A stretch of 59,219 bases of DNA, filler included, from Jimgerdemannia flammicorona (taxonomy: Eukaryota): NCBI GenBank assembly GCA_003990765.1. It is 2 parts of 2 records of this genome, joined end to end, with 100 filler letters (N's around TTAATTAATTAA, not from the genome) between each part and the next. Parts side by side here need not be neighbours in the genome. Positions count along the whole stretch, not along the records: positions 29,666 to 59,219 come from RBNJ01000487.1; 1 more part is not named here. One strand, written 5' to 3'. The notes beneath the pieces were generated by a model. It worked only from the letters and a program-made list of their open reading frames with translations, was not told where the DNA came from and searched no databases. Below are positions 49,359 through 59,219 of this stretch, one piece after another (position 1 is the stretch's first letter; each line of letters starts with the position of its first letter). A program made the position numbers and the translations under genes.

Positions 49359-52300
49359 ATGGAAATATGTCCCCCCATATTCTATGGATATACTACTGAA
49401 GAGTCAATCCTGACCTTCATTGAAGACTTTGAACAATTCACCACTATATGAGCCCTTGTGTGCATGCTCAATTGGCCCTTCTACCAGTCAGCCTCAGAGG
49501 ACCTGTCAGAGACAAGTTTAATGCAGCCACCATTGCTGGTACTGATGTAGTCAAACTTATCAATATGAAGACCTTCCTCAGAATAACATATTATACTGAA
49601 GAGATCAAGCAAGCTCTCAAGAATCAACTCAATACTATGTATCTGCCAGGGACTTAGTGAAGATCCCAACTCATTTTATACCTGAATCTGCCACCAGATT
49701 GTCTTAGCTGGCTATGATGATGCCCTCAAGGAACAAATAGTGAATTCAACCTTCCTCAAAGGAGTTCACTCTGAAATTGCCCTAGCAATCTGGTCTACCC
49801 TAGCTGCACTGACCCTTGATCAGAAAGTGGTCTTTGCACAGAGATATTGGACTGCCAGACACTCTGCCGAACACTCAATGGAGAAAATAACTGGTATCAA
49901 GATGGAGCCATCAAAGTCAACTAGTATCTTATTTGCCACAGTTGTAAACAGACAACCAACCCCACCTACCCCCAAGACAGCCAAAGCTGACCCAGTGGAA
50001 GAACTTGTCAAGCAGTTTGCTGAGATGACTGCACACCTCGGTGATGTTGTTAGAGAAGTCCAAAGCACTAACAGGAGACCAGTGCAGAGATTTGTAGCTA
50101 CTACAGAAGAATGCAATATTATATGCTTCAGATGTAGAGAAGAAGGCCACTATGCAAATAGTTGCATGATCAAAATGAGACACAAAGCCCAACCAAGCAA
50201 TACTAGCAGAACCAGAGAACAAACCAATACAGTAGTCATCGAGGAGATTGGTGACACTGATGATGAAGAATACTATGAGGAGCTTGAATTCTACACTACT
50301 ACTGAAGATACCAGAACCTGGTCCAAGCCCTATGACAAGAAGAGCAACAGCAAGCCAGTTGGAAGACCAAAGAAGACTCCAGCTGTCACTATTCAAAGCA
50401 AGACCCAACCCAAGGAGATTAATCAAGATATGGAGTTAGATAAAGCTGCCTGCCAAATTATCGAAGGCACTACTCTAGTCTCAGGAGAAAGTGAGAGCAA
50501 GAAGGAACAGAAGTCATGCAAGACCAAGATTCATCAGTATGATATCTATAAAGACCTCAAGGAACAGAAGGTCAATGCTACTTTTAGATAGCTAGCCAAA
50601 GTCCCTGCCTTCAGACAGCAGTTGAGAGTAGGACTTGCAACTACTGCTAAGAATCAAGAGTATAAGATTATAGAAGCTCACAATGTACAGGAAGAATCAG
50701 AAGACTCAGATAAAGAATCTGAAGACCAGCGCAAGACATCAGCCTATACTCTCTGCCAGATTGAAGACTGTATCTTTAATGCCATCATTGATACTGGTGC
50801 TGGAGGATGCCTCATGAGCAAGAAGGCAATTGACCACCTAGGTTGAGATATTGAAGAGTCCACCAAGATGGTCTATATCACAGCAGATGGTACATGAGCT
50901 ACCCCCCTTGGCAAAATCCAAGAAGTCCCCATCAAGATAGGAGGAGCTACCATCCCAGTAGACATAATTGTTATAAGTACCACCAACTATGACATCCTCA
51001 TCAGAAACCAATGGCTTCACAAGGCCAAGGCTATTATTGACCTCAATGCCCAGAAGATGCAGATCAACTACAGAGGAAGAAAGGAATGAGTTTCTATCAA
51101 TGTCCACAAAGGAGTCCTGCCAGGCATAGAGGAAGGAGATGAAGAAGACACAGAGGTCTTCATGCACTCAGTGAACAAGAACAAGAACAAGACACACAAG
51201 CTCACAGATGAGCAGTAGTATAACAAGATCATTGATAGATATACCCCTCAAGGAAGATGCCCTCATGGTACTAGAATGTACTACTCTGAACACCTGAATG
51301 ACTGCTGGTTCTGTATCAGTGAAGTCAGGAAAATCCACCAACAGAAATATGAGTAAGAAGCAGCTAAAGCAAAAAGGAAAGCTGAAGAAGATGACCAGCC
51401 CCCAGAGCTTCAAGCTGACAGTGACAATGAGGAGGAACAAGAATCAGACATCACCCTCAAGGTCAAGAAGTTTCACCCTGAAGCCAAGATCCCAGAATAC
51501 AAGACTGAAGGAGCCATAGGAATGGACCTTGCCAGCATCCAAAATACTACCCTCAAACCACAGACCACTACCCTACTTGGTACTGGAATTGGAGTCAAGT
51601 TGCCAGAAAACCATGCTGGAATTATCAAGACCAGGAGTAGTCTGGCCAAAAGCAAAATCTCAGTTAAAGGAGGAGTAATTGACCCTGATTACACTGGCGA
51701 GATTTTTCTCATAGTCAGAAATCACAACCACACCACCCCCTTCGAAGTCAAGAAATATGACAGGATTGGCCAGATGCTGATCCACGAAATCAAGAAGCCT
51801 AAGATCATAGAAGCCACTGAACTTATCAAGACCAAGAGAGGAGAACAAGGCTTTGGATCTACTAGAAGAGGAGTCTATGCCGCCACCAAGATTACTGAAC
51901 TTGAGCACAAGAAAGATAAGGACCAGAACAAGCACACATATACCATTGGAGAAAACTTTCCTCTGGAGGAACAACTTCTCAAGATCCTATACCAGAATGA
52001 AGAAGTACTTGCTATAGACTTTAGAGATATCTACAATCAAGAACTCAAGTACTACCACAAAGTTGACACTGGTGATACCAAGTCTATCTATCAGAAAGTC
52101 AACCCCATACCACCTGCCTACAGAGAGTGGCTGTGAGCCAAACTCAAGGAAATGGAAGAAGCCAGAATCATCAAGCAAGCTATCAGCCCCTGGACCTCAC
52201 CCATTGTCCTTGCCCTGAAGAAAGGAAGCAAGCCTGGAGAGTTTGCACTAAGACTCTGTATTGACTACAGGAAACTTAATGCCATCACCAAGAAGGATAG

Positions 52301-54630
52301 GCAGCCCTTGCTGAATATTCAAGAAATCCTTACCACTCTTGGAAGTGAAGCCAAATACTACACCACCTTGGATCTGTTCTCAGGCTTCCATCAGATCAGT
52401 CTCACTCAAGATGCCAGTGAGAAATCAGCCTTCATCACACCTGATGCCACCTATATCTATCTGTGAATGCCATTTGGAATGTGCAATGCCCCAGCAAGTT
52501 TCCAACGAATAATGAACAGAGTCTTCAGCAATAAGATTGGAAAATGGCTCTTTATCTATGTTGATGATGTGATCATCTTCAGCAATACTATATGGGAACA
52601 TATCAATCACATACAGCTAGCCCTCAAGAGGCTCAAGAAGCATGGCCTCTACATCAAGCCTAAGAAATGCAAGTTTGCAGCTCAAGAAATTGCCTACCTA
52701 GGACACCTCATCAACCAGACTGGAATCCACACAGACCCCATAAATATTGAGGCTGTTGCAGTCTACCCAAGACCCAGAACAACTACAGAAGTCCATGTCT
52801 TCCTTGGACTGTTCAGCTACTACAGAAGATTCATCAAAGGATACTCCAACATTGCAGCACCTATCTATGAGCTACTAAAGAAGGAGACCAAATTCAAATA
52901 GACCAAGGAGCACCAAGAAACCTTCAATGAACTCAAGACCAGGTTGACCCAAGCACCTATTCTCAGAAGACCAGACTGGAACCTAGAATTCATCCTGCAG
53001 ACAGACATGAGTGCTATAGAACTTGGAGCAGTCCTAGCTTAGAAGAAAGATGGACATGAATATGTCATCTCCTATGCAAGCAAAGATACCCATGGAGCGG
53101 AACAGAACTATGAGTCATGCAAGCTTGAATGCTTAGCAGTAGTTTGGACAGTAGACAAGTTCCACTACTACCTAGCTGGAAAACACTTCACTATTCAAAC
53201 AGACCATTCTGCTCTTGCCTGGCTATTCCACACTCTGAACCCTAAAGGAATATATGCCAGATAGATCTACAGGCTGTAAGAGTATGACTGTACTGTCAAG
53301 CACCACTCAGGAAAGACCAATACCAATGCCGATGCACTCTCAAGAACACCCCAAAACACCCCCATCAAGACTACTCAACATGAATAAAGAGCTATACTAT
53401 GGATTAATCAGCTATCTTGGGCAGCAGAAGATACCCAACCACCTCGAACCCTGGACAATCACTATCATCAACTGGACTTGGAAACAGTTTGAATTAGACA
53501 ACACTACACTCAGAAAAGGAGGAAAGCTAATAATACCTGAACACAAGAAGTATCAAGTAATGAAGGAAGTATATGAGCAAGGACACTTAGAAGGAACCAA
53601 TACATATGACAAGGCAAGAAGAACCATGTGGTGGCCCAAGATGGAAGAAGACCTGTGCCAATTTGTCAAAGGGTGTGACAAGTGCCAAAAACAGAAATAA
53701 GATCAGCAAGACCAGGTACCCAGATCATCAAGAATTGAGCCTATCCTCTTCCACCACATTGCAATGGATATTATTAGACCACTACCAGTAACACTATCAG
53801 AAAACTGCTATATTATAGTTATTGTAGACCTCTTCACCAAATAGATAGAGGCAGGAGCATTACAAGAAGCCAATGCCCTCTCTATAGCTGACTTCCTATA
53901 CTAAGAAATCATCTGCCACTATAAGACACCAAAGCAAATCACAACAGACCATGGTACAGAATTTGTCAATGGATTCCACGAAATAATATATCAGAAATAC
54001 AAGATCCAGCACATCAAGACCACTGTGTACTACCCTTAAGGAAATAGACAGACAGAGAGAACCAACAAGACCCTCAAGAACATCCTAGCAAAGATCTCAG
54101 AGACATATGAGAATTGGGATAACTATCTCCCAACTGCCCTTTCTGTTCTATGAGACATATGATCACAGAGTACACATTTTACCCCAAGAGAGCTGCTCTT
54201 TAGAGAAGAAGATTCTGATGGAACCTCAGCTACAAATCTAGACCTAACTTGGAGATGGGTTGATGCAGAAATCCAGAGACTACACCAAATCAGGAAGAAG
54301 GCTGAAGATTACATCACCAGGTCACAAGTACTGACAAGAAAGAATGCGGAAAAGAATTACAAGACCCTAGAACCCATCTGAATTGGAGAAATGGTTCTAC
54401 TATATCAAAATATGGTAGAAGCCTCATGATTGTGAAAACTGGAGCCCAAATGGGAAGGACCCTTCTATATGCAAGATATCAGAGGAACTACCTTCTGGCT
54501 TAGAAAAATCTCAGAGACCATACTGTCTACCATAGTACATAGGAACAGACTCAAGAAGTACCATGAACCTATACAAGAGAAGCAAAATGTGATGATCACC
54601 CATGAGGTTCTAGTCTGCAAATCATAACAG
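49359..54630 (+). pseudogene. gag-pol pseudogene of element F
   Basis: CFRCREEGHYANSC, TRSSLAKS..GGVIDPDYTG..RGEQGFGST, LDLFSGFHQ, IYVDDV, CDKCQKQK, EPKWEGPF. Confidence 0.93.
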
Positions 54631-55069
54631 CATGTCCTGTGACCAGCAGGCTATCTGTCTGGACCATTCTCTAAGGGATATGGTACTGGCAACTACTCAT
54701 CCATGAGACTTTTGAAGTCAGAGGAGTTTGAACCGTCAACTGATTGGTCAAGATCAGAATCAGGCTCTTGCTCTATATGAAGAGAGCAACCCTTCACCAT
54801 CATGCTAAAATACAAAGGGAAGATGCCAGCCCATAAATACTAGTTTTCAACCCCTTGCCAGAGGTTATAGGATCAGCAAATTTTTCAAGACTAGACCAAT
54901 GAATAAGAATGCTCAGAAAGATCCTTATTCAGGAGAAAGATGTAACGGTGACCCCAGAATGATGACATCAGCACCGGAGACAGCCTTTCCTTGCAAGCTA
55001 CCAGATTAGAGTACAAGAAGATCATATAGCATATGAGATGAGCAATGATGACCAACTGTGAGCACCAAA

Positions 55070-55393
55070 ATGTCAAAAACCTTTATACTTTCCGGACTAG
55101 TCATGGACGATGAAATCCAAGGCATATTCTACATCACTGGCTTCTCACCCAAAGTCACCCCCAAGGTTAAGAGGATTGCTAATGATATCTACCAGATCGA
55201 TTACCCATGCATGATCATCACCAGATCCTGTCCTGTGCTTCAAATCACACCAGAGTTTACTCCAGGCAACCCAGCCATCACCATCACCATTGTCAGTGCA
55301 GATGAGAATACAGCAAAAATCCAGTTCTATACCAACACCGGCGAAACCGTGGCTTCGAATTTCAGCTTCATGTTGGTGGAAAATTCTCCTTGA
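55070..55393 (+). CDS. Intronless 107-aa beta-rich protein, probable retrocopy fused to the LTR
   Basis: The ATG lies 7 nt after the LTR break. Open frame, AATAAA at 55449, A23 at 55502-55524, CpG retained. Confidence 0.55.
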   Translation: MSKTFILSGLVMDDEIQGIFYITGFSPKVTPKVKRIANDIYQIDYPCMIITRSCPVLQITPEFTPGNPAITITIVSADENTAKIQFYTNTGETVASNFSFMLVENSP

Positions 55394-55524
55394 TTTGGTT
55401 GTAGTACCCAGTAAATGTATCAATCATATTTGAATGCGGATGTCCAGAAATAAAATTATTCAAATGTCCAATCGGGAGTCCACGTGTCAAACTTGACACT
55501 TAAAAAAAAAAAAAAAAAAAAAAA

Positions 55525-56279
55525 TGGATAACTCGGATAACTCGGATGGCGTGGATTCTTCCTGAATCAGCTTCAACTGGGAATACTACTCGGGTGGTGC
55601 GAGTTCTTCCAGATTGGGCTCTTCTGGAAATATGAACAACTGGTGGTATTCTTTTGGGAAAGGGTCTCTTGGCAAAGTTGTGTTAAAGACTGGCTTTATT
55701 TGCGTGACGGATCACTGCAAAGTTGCATCAGAAACTGGCTTGAGCAAGGCGGCTTTCTTGGGAAGGCGGAGAATAACTTGGAAATGGCAGCTTATTCCTT
55801 AAGCAGCAGGCTACTCAAAAGGCGGCAAAGTTCTTCTTGAACTTAGGCAGCAAATCCTCAGGCTTATCTGGCAAGCGAACCAATAGTTCCAAAAGTGGCG
55901 AAGTTCTCCTTGAACTTAGGCAGCAAAATCAGCTTTGTATCGGAAAGTGGACCAGAGTGGGGAAAAGGGACCAATGCTCAATCTTTAGAGGCTTCTTTGG
56001 TTTACTTCAACTTTTCGGACTAAGGTTTATTCACTCTTGTCTCTGGGGTAATTTATATAAGTTGGTTACTATCTGGTTACTATGTGGCTAACTATAGATC
56101 TGCTACTTATGGCAGGTGTACAGAGTCTGTACAGGTAAACAGACCCTTTCTGGTATGTCTGGCTATTTATACAATTTCCGCAGCAATGATTGCTGGTTAC
56201 TAAGCTGTGTGTTCATGTTATCTTTGTTCGCGTCATCTGGTTAAGATATGATTCAGGTGGTACATCTTGGCTTGTCACA
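55525..56279 (-). mobile_element. Probable LTR fragment of another family, opposite orientation
   Basis: The minus strand starts TGTGACA..CAGATGAC like LTRs A and F and contains an internal ~45-bp duplication (GCTGCCTAAGTTCAAG). Confidence 0.4.
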
Positions 56280-56379
56280 ATAGATAGGTAAATAGATAGA
56301 TATATATACTATATTATATATATATAATTATAAAACTTATTAGTAATTATCTCTATTTTCTATAAAATTTATAAGAGAA

Positions 56380-57090
56380 TGATGGAAATATATCACTCCA
56401 GCTTAAGATTGGATGAATGATGGACATATGCTATATTAGCTTAATATCAGATAAACAATAGACATATGCTACTTCAGCTTGAGATTGAGTGAATGATAGA
56501 TATATACTACTCTAGTCTGATATGCTACTTCAGCTTGAGATCAGGTAAACAATAGACATATACTGCCCCAGTCTGATATATTACTTCAGCTTGAGATTGG
56601 ATAAACAATGGACATATACCACCCTAGTTCAATATACTACTTCAGTTTAAGATTGAGTGAATGATAGATATATATACTACTTTAGCTTGAGACTGAGTGA
56701 ATGATGGATATATGCTACCCTAGCCTGATATATTACTTCAGTGTAAGATTAGATAAATGATAGACATATACTGCCCCAGCTCAATATACTACTTCAGCTA
56801 AAGATTAGATAAATGATAGATATATATGCCACTTCAGCTTAAGACTAAATGAATAATAGACATATGCTACCCTAGTCTGATATATCACTTCAGCTTAAGA
56901 TCAAATGAACAATAGATATATATAAATATCACTTCAGCTTGAGATTAAATGAACAATAGATATATATATATATCACTTTAGCTTGAGATTGGGTAAATAA
57001 TAGATATATATACTACTTTAGCTTAAGACTGAGTAAATGATAAATATATACTGCCCCAGTCTAATATGCTACTTCAGCTTGAGATTAAGT
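56380..57090 (+). repeat. Tandem array of 38/57-bp units (TACTTCAGCTTGAGATT core)
   Basis: More than 10 imperfect units, some with an extra ~19-bp segment. Confidence 0.88.
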
Positions 57091-58399
57091 AGCTACTTTA
57101 GGCATCTGCTCCAAACTTATTAATATGTATCTGCTCTGAACTCATTAATGTACCCATTATCCTTATCCTTATACCTACATATTTCTAATATATCAGAGAA
57201 GTATAAAATAAAATATAATAATACTTACATATTGGCAGACACCAATTGCTCTATTTTTCTGATAATAGTTATATAAATCTTTCATATATTTAGGCTTCAA
57301 AGTACATACAGACTCTATAGCTTACCATTTTGAGCTTTTTGCTTATGAAAGCTGTATATATATCTACTAACTTTATAAGATAAAGATGGATTCCCCTTCT
57401 ATCTACCTTGTAGAGAATCAAAGTAAAATCTTTGATCAGACTATTGTACGATTTCACTATAATGCCAGCTGACAGCTGCCATTATAGTTAAATACTATAA
57501 TATTAAATATATAAATAAATTAGTTAATAACTTAATAATTTAATTAATAAAAATATTTCATAAATAATAAATAAAACTTACTATTCTATCCTAATAGCCA
57601 AACTTATTATCTTATTCATCTGTTTTGTTTGGAAAATCACATTATTAAAATATATATATAAAAATATCTGAAGATATTTATGCTATTACAATATTAGGAT
57701 TAAATATCTCATTAAAGAGCTTGTTATATTGTATTGCTTGAAATTCTTCATATAGATTTTAGATTCTAAATATATTTAATAAAAAATCTTATAAATATAA
57801 ATCTTCTTTATATATATTTAATCAATATTACTAATATATATTATCTGGTATATTGAGTAAGAGTATGTAAAGCAATATTATAAATCTCTTCTTGAGCTAT
57901 ATATTGAACAAAGTCAAATCTAATAGCTTTTCTAGGTTCTTCTAAAGTAGCCTCTATAAGAATTGCATCAGAACATACTGTATTTTGTCTATCAAACACC
58001 TTTTGTTCTGCAATCTCATCTTCTTTATCTAAAAGATCAGATCCAACTATAGCCTGTTCTTCTTTAAGTAGCTTTTGTACTTTAAAATTAGTAGCATAGT
58101 ATATATTTTTGATCTAAGATATATAAAAATAATAAATTGTAATTGTTAAATATATTTCTAAATATATATATCATTTTTGAATATCTATCTTAGTCTATGC
58201 CCATCTATGTTCAATTTTTGAGATCAGTTCTAGTAACTAGCTTTTTGATCAGTAGTAAGTCTATAATTAATATATAGATAAAGAAAATCTTTTCATAGAC
58301 AATATATTTCTTATATAATTTCTGTAATAAAATATTGTTAGTTGATTGGTTAGTTATTTAGTTTAAGAAATTAATTGTAGTAATAAAGTATATTCTGGC

Positions 58400-59205
58400 T
58401 CCAATCTAATATCAAAGCTGAAGTGGTATCTATTTATCATTTACTTGATCTTAAGCTAAAGTAGTATATCAGGCTAGAGAAATATATATCCCTCATTCAT
58501 CTGGTCTTAAGCTAAAGTAGTATATATATCTATTGTTCACTCAATCTCAAGCTGAAGTGGTATATGTCTATCATTCACTCAGTCACAAGCTAAAGTAGTA
58601 TATATGTCTATTGTTCAAGCTGAAGTGGTATATGTCTATTATTTACTTAGTCTTAAGCTGAAGTAGTATATATGTCCATTGTTCAAGCTTAGGTGACATA
58701 TTGGGAGAGGCAGCACATGTCTATCATTCACTCAATCTTAAGCTGAAGTGGAATATATGTTCATTGTTCACCTAATCCTAAGCTGAAGCAGTATATTAGG
58801 TGGGGCAGTATATGTCTATTGTTTACCTAGTCTTAAGCTAAAGTGATATATGTCCATCATTCATCTGATCTTAAGCTGAAGTGGTATATTGAACTAGAGT
58901 AGCATATGTTTATTATTTATCTGATCTTAAGCTAAAGCAGTATATCAGACTGGGGTAGCATATGTCTATTTTTTACTCAATCTCAAGCTGAAGCAGTATA
59001 TCAGGCTGGAGCAGTATATGTCTATTGTTCACCTGATCTCAAGCTGAAGTAGTATATTGAGCTAGGGCAGTATATGTCTATTGTTTACCTAATCTCAAGC
59101 TAAAGTAACATATTGAGTTGAGGCAATATATGTCCATTGTTTACCCAATTTCAAGATAAAGTAGTATATTAGACTAGAGCAGTATATATTTATTGTTCAC
59201 CTGGT
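58400..59205 (-). repeat. The same 38/57-bp array in inverted orientation (arm of a probable foldback-type DNA transposon)
   Basis: Units AATCTCAAGCTGAAGTA are reverse complements of the 56380-57090 array, enclosing ~1.3 kb of decayed sequence. Confidence 0.85.
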
Positions 59206-59219
59206 CTCTTTTTTTTTTT

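Larger units (their letters stand above)
47721..55062 (+). mobile_element. Ty3/Gypsy element F with a 1.5-kb ORF-bearing LTR; 3' LTR truncated
   Basis: 5' LTR 47721-49238, PBS TGGTGCCCATTGG, gag from ~49359, PR IIDTGAG, CysHis, dUTPase ~51455-51865, RT YVDD, RH, IN, PPT ~54930-54940, 3' LTR only 54941-55062. Confidence 0.93.

Noticed and set aside
56380..59205. Regularly spaced repeats as a CRISPR array
   Set aside because: The intervening segments are themselves repeated, the context is eukaryotic and no cas genes are present.

Overview
Eukaryotic, most likely fungal DNA. An early-diverging Mucoromycota-like lineage is inferred from gene style and TE content, not proven. The window is two contigs joined by an artificial N-TTAATTAATTAA-N linker at 29566-29665. 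One intact host gene is present: an 11-exon Xaa-Pro aminopeptidase P at 154-3356 (minus). The rest is nested, mostly C->T-hypermutated transposons: five Ty3/Gypsy elements (B-F), a chromovirus integrase fragment, a Ty1/Copia relic, a 2.2-kb ORF-bearing solo LTR, a younger endonuclease-less Penelope-like element, foldback/MITE elements and a probable captured retrocopy. Most notable: (1) an unnamed accessory protein family carried by several retrotransposon families, either as an env-position ORF3 or inside the LTR; (2) a dUTPase in all six LTR elements whose gag-pol junction is visible, in different positions, with a Cys/His module that moves with it; (3) RIP-like decay restricted to repeats; (4) a two-ORF EN-minus Penelope-like element with a candidate -1 frameshift and a 5' fold-back. 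All alignments and translations were done by eye; boundaries marked ~ are approximate.
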